Assembly: GCF_027484205.1 (NCBI RefSeq)
Contig: NZ_JAIXUB010000001.1
Location: forward strand, 65,528 to 129,527
DNA: 64,000 nt
Direction: 5' to 3'
From: Flavobacterium sp.
Lineage (GTDB): Bacteria; Bacteroidota; Bacteroidia; Flavobacteriales; Flavobacteriaceae
In this document: positions 1 to 10,996 of the stretch, one piece after another
Layout of the letters: every line of letters begins with the position of its first letter
Position numbering within the stretch: the first letter of the stretch is position 1
Made by a program: the position numbers and the translations under genes
Notes under the pieces: model-generated
What the model saw: the letters and a program-made list of their open reading frames with translations, nothing else
Database searches by the model: none
Told to the model about the DNA's origin: nothing

Positions 1-642
1 AATTTTTATCCCTACATGACTGCCAAAGAAAATTTGCAATTAGTTTGCAAAATAAAAGGGATAAACTATTCAAAAGTTCAAGAAAAACTTGAAGTTGTTG
101 GATTAATCGACAGACAAGACAGTAAGTTTAGAACCTTTTCATTAGGAATGAAACAGCGTTTAGCGATTGCATCGGCATTGTTGAATGATCCTGAAATTCT
201 AATTCTTGATGAACCAACAAATGGTCTTGACCCACAAGGAATTCATCAAATTAGAGATATTATTCGATTGATTGCCTCACAAGGAACAACAATTCTTTTA
301 GCATCGCATTTACTTGATGAAGTAGAAAAAGTATGTACTCATGTTTTAGTTTTAAGAAAAGGCGAAATTCTTTATACTGGAACTGTTGCAGGTATGTCAA
401 GCTCAAATGGAATGATTGAATTACAATCAAGTGACATAAACGCCTTGAAACTTGCTTTACAAAGTTATCCAAATATTGATGAGATAAAAGAGGAAGAAGG
501 GAAAATAATTATTACTTCAAAATCGAATATTCAACCAAACGAATTGAATAAATTTCTTGCGGAAAATAATATTTATTTAACCCATCTAGTAAAAAGAAAT
601 CATTCGCTTGAAGAGCAATTTTTACAATTAACGGGTAAATAA
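1..642 (+). CDS. ABC transporter ATP-binding protein, 5'-truncated by window edge
   Basis: Signature FSLGMKQRL and Walker B ILILDEPTNGLD; frame is open from base 1. Confidence 0.9.
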   Translation, partial: NFYPYMTAKENLQLVCKIKGINYSKVQEKLEVVGLIDRQDSKFRTFSLGMKQRLAIASALLNDPEILILDEPTNGLDPQGIHQIRDIIRLIASQGTTILLASHLLDEVEKVCTHVLVLRKGEILYTGTVAGMSSSNGMIELQSSDINALKLALQSYPNIDEIKEEEGKIIITSKSNIQPNELNKFLAENNIYLTHLVKRNHSLEEQFLQLTGK

Positions 643-683
643 TTCTAGAAAACATCTTCAAAAATCTCAAAAAACCAAACAAA

Positions 684-1520
684 ATGAAACGATTACTCTC
701 TATAGAACTACAAAAAATTTGGAAAAATAAAGCAAGTCGAGTTTTAACAATTGCTTATTTTGCTCTTCTTTCTTCATTAGCATTAATTGCATCAATCAAA
801 TTTGATATTGGACCACTACATTTTGATATTGCTGAAATGGGAATATTTAATTTTCCATACATATGGCATTTTAACAGCTATTTTGCAAGTTGGTTTAAGT
901 TGTTTCTGGCAGTAATTATTGTTTCTATGATGGCAAACGAATACAGTTACGGAACTTTAAAGCAAAACTTAATTGATGGTATGAGTAAAAAAGAATTTAT
1001 AATGTCAAAATTCTTTACCGTAATTTTATTTGCATTAACATCTACTTTGTTTGTTTTTTTAATGAGCTTAATTCTTGGATATTCTTTTTCTTCATTTAAT
1101 GAAGTAGCTATTGTTTTCTCTGAATTAGATTATTTAATAGCATTCTTTGTTGAATTATTAGGTTTCTTTACAATATGTTTATTTTTAGGAGTTTTAATCA
1201 AAAAATCTGCTTTTGCTCTTGGCTTTCTATTAGTTTGGAAAATATTTGAAGGTATTTGTTATTTAGTAATGAAATGGTTATTTTTTGATACTTGGGAGAA
1301 AGCATATGAAGCATTGGGCTATTTCCCATTACAATCAATTTCAAATTTACTTCCTGATCCATGGAGAAGGCTATCAATTCTTAAAAGTGCTGGAAACCAA
1401 GCAGGTTTTGATATGAGTTATGATTACTCAATTCATTACTCCTCAATTGCAATAGTTTTAGCATGGACAGCAATTTTTGTTTTCTTATCACATTATATTA
1501 TAAAAAAACGAGATTTGTAG
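684..1520 (+). CDS. ABC-2 type transporter permease
   Basis: Multiple hydrophobic segments, EYSYGTLKQNLIDG motif, directly follows the ATPase. Confidence 0.85.
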   Translation: MKRLLSIELQKIWKNKASRVLTIAYFALLSSLALIASIKFDIGPLHFDIAEMGIFNFPYIWHFNSYFASWFKLFLAVIIVSMMANEYSYGTLKQNLIDGMSKKEFIMSKFFTVILFALTSTLFVFLMSLILGYSFSSFNEVAIVFSELDYLIAFFVELLGFFTICLFLGVLIKKSAFALGFLLVWKIFEGICYLVMKWLFFDTWEKAYEALGYFPLQSISNLLPDPWRRLSILKSAGNQAGFDMSYDYSIHYSSIAIVLAWTAIFVFLSHYIIKKRDL

Positions 1521-1528
1521 TATCTTTG
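1521..1528 (+). promoter_or_regulatory. Bacteroidota -7 promoter element TATCTTTG
   Basis: Matches TAnnTTTG, immediately upstream of the CDS at 1537. Confidence 0.55.
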
Positions 1529-1536
1529 CAGATGCT

Positions 1537-3840
1537 ATGATGTCTTTAAAAACATATTTTTATACCATATTATTTTTTCTTTTTTGCGCTAAAACAATTG
1601 CGCAAAATATAGTTGTAGACGATACTTATACAGCACAACAACTTGTTGAGAATGTGCTTGTAAACAGTCCTTGTGCAACCGTTTCAAACTTTTCTGTATC
1701 TGGAGATACTTTCAGTACTGGTCAAAATAGTTATGGATATTTCGATTATTCTGGAACGGATTTTCCTTTTGCAAACGGAATTGTTTTAAGTACTTCAAGA
1801 GCTTCAAGAACTGCTGGACCAAATGATAATTTAATAGATGAAGGTTCGACTGCTTGGATTGGTGACAGTGATTTAGAACAAGCACTATCAATTACAGGTA
1901 CAGTAAATGCAACAGCTTTAGAATTTGATTTTACACCACTAACAAGTCAAATTAGTTTTGATTATATTTTTGCCTCAGAAGAATATCAAGGAACTGCTCC
2001 ATGTAGATATTCCGATGGTTTTGCATTTCTTTTAAAAGTTGCAGGAAGCACTGATGATTATCAAAATTTAGCGCTAATTCCAGGCACATCTACACCTGTA
2101 AAAGTAACTTCTGTTCATCCCGATATTTCGGGCGGAAGTGGTTGTAGTGCTCAAAATGAAGAATATTTTGGGAGTTATAACGGCACAATTCATCCGATAA
2201 ATTTTAATGGTCAAACAGTAGTAATGACTGCTAAAGCAGATGTAATTCCGGGAACAACATATCATATAAAACTAGTCATTGCTGACGAAGAAAATATTCG
2301 TTATGATTCGGCTATTTTTCTTGGTGGAGGAAGTTTTGATGTTGGAACTGATTTAGGCGAAGACCGATTAGAAGCTACAAATAACCCTGTTTGCGATGGC
2401 GAAAGTATCGTTTTAGATGCAACCGAAAGTGGTTTAAACACATATCAATGGTATAAAGACGGAACATCTTTATCAGGAGAAACAAATCCAACTTATACTG
2501 TAACATCTGAAGGATTTTATGAAGTTGAAGTCTCCATAAATGCTACCACTTGTGTTGCAAAAGGTGAGATTTTTATAGAATATGTAAACTTACCAATATT
2601 AAATAATCAAACTTTAATTCAATGTGATGAAGATACTGATGGAGTTACAACTTACAATTTAACTACTTTAAATTCTTTAATAACTGGAGGCGATTCACAA
2701 CTTACAAACGTTACTTTTTATGAAAGTTTAGCAAATGCTCAAGCAGGCACAAATCCTATTTCAAATCCAACTAATTATCAAAACACTTCAGTAAATCAAT
2801 TATTTGCAACTGCACAAAATCAATTTGGATGCATCGGTTTTGCCACAATTGATTTACAAATAGCATCCAACTCGCTACCAACAATAGCACCTATTTTTAC
2901 TTGTGACGTCATCGGAAATCAAGATGGAATTACTGATCTTGATTTAACTTCAATGATAGGAACATCATTATCAAGCAGTTTACCATCAGGATTGACCTTA
3001 GTTTACTATGCGACAGAAAACAATGCTATCACAAATACAAATCCATTAAATTTAACTTTCACCAATACAATTCCAAATCAGCAAACGATTTATGTAAAAA
3101 TTCTTGATGGAGTTAATTGTTATGGAATTCTACCTATAGAATTGAATGTAAATACTTTCAATCCTCCAAATTTTAATGATGAAACAATTTATTTATGTAA
3201 TGGCTCATCTCAAACACTTTCTGTTGCATCTGGATTTTCAAGTTATAATTGGTCAAATGGTGAAACAGATAATTCAATTACAGTAAATACCTCAGGAACT
3301 TATTCAGTTATAGTAACCGATATTAATGGATGTGAAAAAACGAAACGATTTGAAATTATTTTATCAAGTAGTGCAACTATAACTTCTGTAGATGTAAATG
3401 ATTTTTCAGGAAATAACAATTCCATTGAAATTATTGTTTCAGGAAATGGAGATTATGAATATTCAATTGATGGAACAATTTTTCAAGAAAGTCCATTTTT
3501 TTCAAACCTTGAACCCAATGAATATACCATTTATATAAATGATATCAATGGTTGTCCTCAAGTTACACAATCTGTCTATGTATTAGATTATCCTCACTTC
3601 TTTACTCCAAATGAAGATGGAATCAATGATATTTGGAGAATAAAAAGGATTCAATTTTTAGAAAATTCTACAATTTCAATTTTTGATAGATTTGGAAAAC
3701 TCATAACCTCTTACTCTGAAAATTATGTAGGATGGAACGGTAAACTAAATGGTTTTGATTTACCTTCGACAGACTATTGGTTTGTAATCACTTTAAATAA
3801 CGGTAGAACAATTAAAGGAAATTTTTCATTAGTGAGATAA
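1537..3840 (+). CDS. T9SS type-B sorting domain protein (choice-of-anchor L-like N-terminus, gliding-motility-associated C-terminal domain)
   Basis: Signal peptide; C-terminus FTPNEDGINDIW...FDRFGK...WNGK...STDYWF...KGNFSLVR. Confidence 0.85.
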   Translation: MMSLKTYFYTILFFLFCAKTIAQNIVVDDTYTAQQLVENVLVNSPCATVSNFSVSGDTFSTGQNSYGYFDYSGTDFPFANGIVLSTSRASRTAGPNDNLIDEGSTAWIGDSDLEQALSITGTVNATALEFDFTPLTSQISFDYIFASEEYQGTAPCRYSDGFAFLLKVAGSTDDYQNLALIPGTSTPVKVTSVHPDISGGSGCSAQNEEYFGSYNGTIHPINFNGQTVVMTAKADVIPGTTYHIKLVIADEENIRYDSAIFLGGGSFDVGTDLGEDRLEATNNPVCDGESIVLDATESGLNTYQWYKDGTSLSGETNPTYTVTSEGFYEVEVSINATTCVAKGEIFIEYVNLPILNNQTLIQCDEDTDGVTTYNLTTLNSLITGGDSQLTNVTFYESLANAQAGTNPISNPTNYQNTSVNQLFATAQNQFGCIGFATIDLQIASNSLPTIAPIFTCDVIGNQDGITDLDLTSMIGTSLSSSLPSGLTLVYYATENNAITNTNPLNLTFTNTIPNQQTIYVKILDGVNCYGILPIELNVNTFNPPNFNDETIYLCNGSSQTLSVASGFSSYNWSNGETDNSITVNTSGTYSVIVTDINGCEKTKRFEIILSSSATITSVDVNDFSGNNNSIEIIVSGNGDYEYSIDGTIFQESPFFSNLEPNEYTIYINDINGCPQVTQSVYVLDYPHFFTPNEDGINDIWRIKRIQFLENSTISIFDRFGKLITSYSENYVGWNGKLNGFDLPSTDYWFVITLNNGRTIKGNFSLVR

Positions 3841-3869
3841 AATTAAGTATTTTTTACTAATTTTATAAA

Positions 3870-6800
3870 ATGAAAAAGAAAATTTACTTATTATTTACAA
3901 TTGTCTTACTATCAATAAATTGCTACAGTCAATTTAGTAAAACGCATTATATTCCACCATTATCTGGTGCATCAAATGTTCCTGTTGAGGAACAATATCT
4001 CTATATTTCTTGTCCAAGTATTACACCGATAAACTTTGTTATAAAACAACTTGGAGGTACAAATATCAATGGAACAGTTTCAAGAGATAATCCCTATGTT
4101 TTTAATGTTGGAATTGGTTCATCTAATAATTTACATGTTGACCAAAGTGAAGTTAATACCATTCTTACAGATAAAGGTTACATTATTGAAGCCGAAGACG
4201 TTATTTATGTTACAGCTAGAGTAATTGCTGGCGACGGAAATCAAGCTGGAGAAGTTGTTTCAAAAGGATTAGCAGCATTAGGTACACAATTTAGAATTGG
4301 AGGTTTTACAAACATGATGATTCCATCAATCAACATCAATAATTATACATTTATATCAATTCTTGCTACAGAAAATAATACAGAAGTTTCCTTTAGTGAT
4401 ATTGAACTTGGAGCAGTTTTAGTAAACGATGCTGGATCAGGAAGTACTCCTGGAAATGTTTTTTTAAATGCTGGAGAAAGTTATGTTTTAGCTGTTCAAG
4501 GCCCAAATTCTGTAAACAGAGATGCTTTGATTGGAGCGCTTGTAAGTTCTGACAAACCAATTGCTGTAAATTGTGGATCATACGGAGGTACCAATGGTGA
4601 AATGCAAAATCAAGATTTAGGTTTTGACCAAATAGTATCAGCTGAAAGAACGGGAACTGAATATATTTTTATAAAAAATGATGGATTAGATAATGTTGAA
4701 AGAGTTTTATTAATTGCTCATGAAGATAATACCGATATTTTTTTAAATGGCAATACTGGAACACCAGATTACACACTACAAGCAAGTCAATATATTTTAT
4801 TAAACGGAACTCAATATGGTCCAAATGGTAATTTATATGTCAATACTTCTAAAAATATATTTGCTTATCAGAGTGTTGGTGATGGTCCTACTTCAATTCA
4901 AGCTAATCAAGAGTTGTTTTTTGTTCCACCATTAAGTTGTCAAACACCAAAAGTTATTGACAATATTCCATTGATTGAAGAAATTGGAACTAGAATTTTT
5001 ACAGGACGTGTAACCATTACAACAGAAACTGGTTCAGCACTAAATTTTGTTTTAAACGGAACGTCATACACTCTTGCAACTTTACCTGCAACTATATCTG
5101 TTGTTGGTCCTACTTCTGTTTTAGGAAATGCAAATTATGAATGTTACACAATCACAGGTTTTACTGGAAATGTTTCTGTTTATTCAACAGGTCAACTTTA
5201 TTTAGCCGCATACGGAAGTAATGGAAATGCTACTTTTGGTGGATATTATTCTGGATTTACATTTAAACCCGAAATCACTTTCCAACCTATAGATTTAACT
5301 CAAAACAATTGTATTCCAAACGTATCTTTAGAAGTTAGTACCTTAAATGGCTTTGATTTTTTCCAATGGTATTTTAATGACTCGCCAATTGCAGGAGCAA
5401 ATTCAAGTACGTACTCGCCTACTCTTCCTGGATATTATCATGTATCTGCAACAATTACTTCATGTGGAATTCCTGAACTAATTTCAGACAAAATACCCGT
5501 TAGTGATTGCCCAACAGATATGGATAATGATAATGTAAACGACAACATTGATCAAGATTTAGATAATGATGGAATTGCAAATTGTACAGAATCACTAGGA
5601 AATTCAGCGGTTAATTTATCAAATAATTCCTTTGGTTCAGTTACTGTGGGTTCATATTCAAATTTATTCTCAGGAACAATTACAACTACAGGAGATACTC
5701 CAACAGCAACACCATTTGTAGGAAATACCGATGGAAGTTTTGTTGCATCAGTTCCAAAAGGGGAAGAAAATTCTGTTACTTACCAAATGAATTTTGTCCA
5801 ACCAATTAGCTTATTATTAGATTATCCTTCAACAGCTTCCGCAGGAGATTTATTAAATTCTAATTTAAGTTTTGTTCTTTCAGTTCCTGTAAATAAAACA
5901 ATTACAGTATTAAATCCATCAAATCAATTATTAATTGACACTAACTATGATGGCATTTATGAAAGTGATGTAACCTCATTCTCATCATTTGAAATCCGAT
6001 TTAGATATGACGGAGCTTTACCACTTGCCGCTGGAGCTGGAACTTTTAAATTTTACACACACGAAGTAACTAGCTTAAAATTCAAACAAATCAATCTTGT
6101 AGATAGAGGAAGTGATCGAAAAGCTACTTTTAAATTAACAGCAACATGTGTATCTAAAGATTCGGATAACGATGGTATTCCTGATAAATTTGATTTGGAT
6201 TCAGAAAATGACTCCATTTCAGATTTCATTGAAGCACAAGGTTCTACATTATTAAGTTTATCAAACACTGACGCAAATGGCGATGGAATTGATGATATTT
6301 TTGGAACTGGATTAACTCCTGCAAATAACGATACTGACACGATACCAAATTATTTAGATTTAGACAGTGACAATGATGGAATTTTTGATATTATTGAATC
6401 TGGAAGTCCAGGAAATGCAACAAATACAAATGGAGATACTGTTGGCCCAAATTTTGGCACCAATGGCTTAGATAATACTCTTGAAACATCAGCAGATAGT
6501 GGTGTTTTAAATTATTCTGTTTTAGATATTGATACTGATGGCATTTTAAATTACATCGATTCTGATAGTGATAATGATAATTGTAATGATATCATAGAAG
6601 CAGGATATTCTGATGCAAATGGTGACGGAATTGTTGGTGACGAAAATCCAGCTACATTCAATACAGGAACAACTTTAGTTGGAACAGTTATTTCTTCAAC
6701 AGGATATGGAATCCCAAATGCAAATTACATAACTTCTGCTCGAATAATAATTAATACACAACCACAAGATGCTGTAGCTTGCGAATTACAATCAACTACA

Positions 6801-8963
6801 TTTACAATTAATACAAATCCTGTAAATAGCTATCAATGGCAACTTTCTACAGATTCAGGAACAACTTGGACAAACATTATTGATAATGCTACTTATTCAG
6901 GAAGTACTACAATTACTTTAACTGTTTCAAACGTAACACCTGCAATGGTTGGCTATAAATACAGAGTATTTTTAAATAAAAACGGAAATACTTGCGGATT
7001 ATATTCTGCGGCTGCAACATTAACAACTTACGCATTGCCAGTTATAACATCACCTGTAACATTAGTTCAATGTGATAATGATACTGATGGTGTTTCAACT
7101 TTTAATCTAACAGAAAAAAATACATTCATTTCTGCAAATTCAGCAGTAGAAACTTTTACCTATTTTACAACATTTGCTGGTGCAGATAACAATACTTCTT
7201 CTTTACAAATCACTACTCCATTTGCTTACACAACAACAAATTCAAGTGTTTATGTAAGGGTTGTAAATGCAAATGGATGTTATCGCGTTGCCCAATTAAA
7301 CTTGGTAGTATCAGCCACACAGTTACCATCAACATTCATAAGAAATTTTTACACTTGCGATGATTATATCGATGCAACAAATGATGATTATGATGGAATT
7401 TCATTGTTTGATTTTAGCAGCGTAACTACTGATATTCAAGCTATTTTACCAACTACAGCATCATATACTATAAATTATTATAGAAACGAAGCTGATGCTT
7501 TGTCAGAAACAAATGCAATTCCGAGTAGTTTGACTTCAAATTACAGAAATATTGGTTATCCTGGTATTCAAAATATTTGGGTTCGTGTAGATAGTGATGT
7601 CGACAATGCTTGTTTTGGACTTGGACCTTATGTTGTTCTAACTGTTGAAGCGTTGCCTGTTGCAAATTCAGTGAATGCAACAAATATCATTAGAACTTGT
7701 GATGATAACCATGATGGTATTTTCAATTTTGATACTTCAAATTTAGAAGCAACTATTTTAAATGGACAAACAAATGTAACTGTTACTTACTTTGACGAAT
7801 TAGGTAATCCAATTATTCCATTACCTAATCCACTTTTTGTAAATACTACTAAAACAATAACAGCTCGAGTAACTAACAACTCAACACAAGCTTCAAATGG
7901 ACCATGTTTTGATGAAGTGACAATACAATATATTGTTGACGATTTACCAGAAGCTTTTGCCATTTCAAACACATTAACAACAGTATGTGATGATGAAATT
8001 GATCCAATAGACCAAAATGGTTTATATGATTTTGATACTTCAACTTTTGAAACGACTATTCTAAATGGTCAAACAGGAATGGTGGTTAAATATTTTGATT
8101 CAAGCGGAAATCCATTACCAAGTCCTTTACCAAATCCATTTACTACTGGTACTCAAAATGTAACTGTATTGGTTGAAAACACAATAAACACAAGTTGTTC
8201 AGCTACCCTTGTAATTCCATTTATTGTTAATCCTACACCAAAAATTAGTTTAACTGATAATGAATTAGTTTGTACAAATCTTCCAACATTTCTTGTAACT
8301 GTAAACGCAGGAATTTTAGATGGAACTCCAAGTTCTTCATACAATTATCAATGGTATTTGGATGGAACACTAATTCCCGGAGCAACTTCATATAATTTAG
8401 ATGTAAACACTGGTGGAATATACACTGTTGATGTTACCAATAGTTTTGGATGTACAAAAACAAGAACAATAGATGTTTATGCTTCTGATATTGCCACAAT
8501 TCAAGATATTAATATTATTGATTTATCAGATGTTAACACTGTTGAAGTTATTGTAACTGGAACTGGAGATTATGTTTATAGCATTGATGATTCAATGTTC
8601 CAAGAATCAAACTTTTTCACTAATATTCCAATGGGTATTCATACTATATTCATCAAAGATTTATTAGGATGTGGAACGGTAATTAAGGAGATTTCTGTTC
8701 TTGGCGTTCCTCAATATTTTACTCCAAATGGTGATGGCTATAATGACACTTGGAATGTAAAAGGTGCAAATTCTGAATTTTATTCCAACTCCATAATTTA
8801 TATTTTCGATAGATTTGGAAAACTAATAAAACAAATATCACCAATTGGTCCAGGTTGGGATGGAACGTATAATGGAAACTTAGCGCCGTCAGATGATTAT
8901 TGGTACAACATTTCATTTGATGATGGAAGAAGCGCGAAAGGACATTTTAGTTTGAAACGATAA
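3870..8963 (+). CDS. Large T9SS type-B sorting domain surface protein (IgGFc-binding-like N-terminus, DxDxDG Ca-binding repeats, adhesin-like repeats)
   Basis: Signal peptide; repeated DxDNDG motifs; C-terminus FTPNGDGYNDTW...DDYWY...KGHFSLKR. Confidence 0.85.
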   Translation: MKKKIYLLFTIVLLSINCYSQFSKTHYIPPLSGASNVPVEEQYLYISCPSITPINFVIKQLGGTNINGTVSRDNPYVFNVGIGSSNNLHVDQSEVNTILTDKGYIIEAEDVIYVTARVIAGDGNQAGEVVSKGLAALGTQFRIGGFTNMMIPSININNYTFISILATENNTEVSFSDIELGAVLVNDAGSGSTPGNVFLNAGESYVLAVQGPNSVNRDALIGALVSSDKPIAVNCGSYGGTNGEMQNQDLGFDQIVSAERTGTEYIFIKNDGLDNVERVLLIAHEDNTDIFLNGNTGTPDYTLQASQYILLNGTQYGPNGNLYVNTSKNIFAYQSVGDGPTSIQANQELFFVPPLSCQTPKVIDNIPLIEEIGTRIFTGRVTITTETGSALNFVLNGTSYTLATLPATISVVGPTSVLGNANYECYTITGFTGNVSVYSTGQLYLAAYGSNGNATFGGYYSGFTFKPEITFQPIDLTQNNCIPNVSLEVSTLNGFDFFQWYFNDSPIAGANSSTYSPTLPGYYHVSATITSCGIPELISDKIPVSDCPTDMDNDNVNDNIDQDLDNDGIANCTESLGNSAVNLSNNSFGSVTVGSYSNLFSGTITTTGDTPTATPFVGNTDGSFVASVPKGEENSVTYQMNFVQPISLLLDYPSTASAGDLLNSNLSFVLSVPVNKTITVLNPSNQLLIDTNYDGIYESDVTSFSSFEIRFRYDGALPLAAGAGTFKFYTHEVTSLKFKQINLVDRGSDRKATFKLTATCVSKDSDNDGIPDKFDLDSENDSISDFIEAQGSTLLSLSNTDANGDGIDDIFGTGLTPANNDTDTIPNYLDLDSDNDGIFDIIESGSPGNATNTNGDTVGPNFGTNGLDNTLETSADSGVLNYSVLDIDTDGILNYIDSDSDNDNCNDIIEAGYSDANGDGIVGDENPATFNTGTTLVGTVISSTGYGIPNANYITSARIIINTQPQDAVACELQSTTFTINTNPVNSYQWQLSTDSGTTWTNIIDNATYSGSTTITLTVSNVTPAMVGYKYRVFLNKNGNTCGLYSAAATLTTYALPVITSPVTLVQCDNDTDGVSTFNLTEKNTFISANSAVETFTYFTTFAGADNNTSSLQITTPFAYTTTNSSVYVRVVNANGCYRVAQLNLVVSATQLPSTFIRNFYTCDDYIDATNDDYDGISLFDFSSVTTDIQAILPTTASYTINYYRNEADALSETNAIPSSLTSNYRNIGYPGIQNIWVRVDSDVDNACFGLGPYVVLTVEALPVANSVNATNIIRTCDDNHDGIFNFDTSNLEATILNGQTNVTVTYFDELGNPIIPLPNPLFVNTTKTITARVTNNSTQASNGPCFDEVTIQYIVDDLPEAFAISNTLTTVCDDEIDPIDQNGLYDFDTSTFETTILNGQTGMVVKYFDSSGNPLPSPLPNPFTTGTQNVTVLVENTINTSCSATLVIPFIVNPTPKISLTDNELVCTNLPTFLVTVNAGILDGTPSSSYNYQWYLDGTLIPGATSYNLDVNTGGIYTVDVTNSFGCTKTRTIDVYASDIATIQDINIIDLSDVNTVEVIVTGTGDYVYSIDDSMFQESNFFTNIPMGIHTIFIKDLLGCGTVIKEISVLGVPQYFTPNGDGYNDTWNVKGANSEFYSNSIIYIFDRFGKLIKQISPIGPGWDGTYNGNLAPSDDYWYNISFDDGRSAKGHFSLKR

Positions 8964-8987
8964 AAAACATTAAAAGTAAATCATAAA

Positions 8988-9015
8988 AAAACCATCAGCT
9001 TTCACTGATGGTTTT
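8988..9015. terminator. Bidirectional intrinsic terminator
   Basis: AAAACCATCAG/CTGATGGTTTT stem between convergent genes. Confidence 0.75.
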
Positions 9016-9037
9016 ACTTTATATAGATTTTGACAAA

Positions 9038-10834
9038 TTAGATTTTATTTCTTTTTCTATCATTTTCTGTTAAATAAATTTTTCTTAAACGAATAGTTTT
9101 TGGGGTTACCTCAACATACTCATCTTTTTGAATATATTCTAAAGCTTCTTCCAATGAAAAGATAATTGGTGGAATAATTCTAGCTTTCTCATCATTTCCT
9201 GATGAACGAACGTTAGATTGTTTTTTAGCTTTAGTTACATTAATACACATATCATCGCTACGAGAATTTTCACCAATAACTTGACCTTCGTAAATTTCAT
9301 CATTTGGATTAACGAAGAATTTACCACGATCTTGTAATTTATCAATAGAATAAGGAATTGCTTTTCCATTTTCCATAGAAATTAATGAACCATTATTTCT
9401 TCCTGGAATTTCACCTTTAAAAGGTTCATATCCAATGTAACGATGCGACATAATAGCTTCACCAGCAGTTGCAGTAAGTAATTGATTACGTAATCCAATA
9501 ATTCCACGTGATGGAATGTTGAATTTTACAATCATACGTTCTCCTTTTCCTTCCATTGATAACATTTCTCCTTTACGGATAGATACAAATTCAACAGCTC
9601 TACCTGATAAAGATTCTGGCAAATCGATTGTTAATTCTTCAATTGGCTCACATTTTTTACCATCAATTTCTTTGATAATAACCTGTGGTTGACCAATTTG
9701 TAATTCATATCCTTCTCTTCTCATTGTTTCAATAAGAACAGACAAGTGAAGAACTCCACGACCAAAAACCATAAATTTATCAGCAGAATCAGTTTCACCC
9801 ATTCTCATCGCTAGGTTTTTTTCTAACTCTTTGGTCAATCTTTCTCTAATATGACGAGAAGTTACAAATTTTCCTTCTTTACCAAAGAAAGGCGAATCGT
9901 TAATAGTGAACAACATACTCATTGTAGGCTCGTCAATTGCGATAGTTTGCAATGCTTCTGGATTTTCAAAATCAGCGATAGTGTCACCAATTTCAAAACC
10001 TTCAACACCAACAATTGCACAAATATCACCAGCTATAACTTCTGATACTTTTTTACGACCTAAACCTTCAAAAGTGTGTAGTTCTTTAATTCTAGATTTT
10101 ATTATTGAACCATCTCTTTTTACTAAAGAAATTGGCATACCTTCTTTTAAGACACCTCTTTCTAATCTACCAATCGCAATACGACCAGTAAATGAAGAGA
10201 AATCTAACGATGTAATTAACATTTGAGGAGTTCCTTCAGAAACTTTTGGAGCAGGAACATTTGCAACAACCATGTCAAGTAATGGTTCGATATTATCTGT
10301 TACATTTTCCCAATGATCTGACATCCAATTGTTTTTTGCAGAACCATAAACAGTTGGAAAATCCAATTGCCATTCTTCAGCACCTAATTCAAACATCAAA
10401 TCAAAAACTTTTTCATGAACTTCTTCAGGAGTACAATTTTCTTTATCCACTTTATTGATAACAACACAAGGTTTTAAACCTAAGTCAATTGCTTTTTGAA
10501 GAACAAAACGAGTTTGAGGCATTGGACCTTCAAAAGCATCAACCAAAAGGCAAACTCCATCAGCCATATTCAATACACGCTCTACTTCTCCACCAAAATC
10601 GGCGTGACCTGGAGTATCAATAATATTGATTTTTGTTCCTTTATATGAAACAGAAACGTTTTTTGAAGTAATTGTAATACCTCTTTCACGTTCCAAATCG
10701 TTGTTGTCAAGAATTAAATCACCTGTATTTTCATTATCACGAAAAAGTTGACAGTGATACATAATTTTGTCAACCAAAGTAGTCTTACCGTGGTCAACGT
10801 GAGCAATAATTGCAATGTTTCTAATAGATTCCAT
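9038..10834 (-). CDS. typA: Translational GTPase TypA/BipA
   Basis: IRNIAIIAHVDHGKTTLVD, ERERGITI, DTPGHADFGGEVER, C-terminal EYVEVTPKTIRLRK. Confidence 0.97.
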   Translation of the reverse strand: MESIRNIAIIAHVDHGKTTLVDKIMYHCQLFRDNENTGDLILDNNDLERERGITITSKNVSVSYKGTKINIIDTPGHADFGGEVERVLNMADGVCLLVDAFEGPMPQTRFVLQKAIDLGLKPCVVINKVDKENCTPEEVHEKVFDLMFELGAEEWQLDFPTVYGSAKNNWMSDHWENVTDNIEPLLDMVVANVPAPKVSEGTPQMLITSLDFSSFTGRIAIGRLERGVLKEGMPISLVKRDGSIIKSRIKELHTFEGLGRKKVSEVIAGDICAIVGVEGFEIGDTIADFENPEALQTIAIDEPTMSMLFTINDSPFFGKEGKFVTSRHIRERLTKELEKNLAMRMGETDSADKFMVFGRGVLHLSVLIETMRREGYELQIGQPQVIIKEIDGKKCEPIEELTIDLPESLSGRAVEFVSIRKGEMLSMEGKGERMIVKFNIPSRGIIGLRNQLLTATAGEAIMSHRYIGYEPFKGEIPGRNNGSLISMENGKAIPYSIDKLQDRGKFFVNPNDEIYEGQVIGENSRSDDMCINVTKAKKQSNVRSSGNDEKARIIPPIIFSLEEALEYIQKDEYVEVTPKTIRLRKIYLTENDRKRNKI

Positions 10835-10996
10835 CTGATTTTTTTAGGAGGTGCAAAGGTACACTTTATTTTGATTAAAAAAACCTTAATATAAATACTT
10901 TACCATTTAATAACTTATAACCAATAAATTAGTAAAAATTTTGATTTTTTTTCATAAAAAAAATTGTATTAGATAATAATTTTTTATTTTTGAGTA

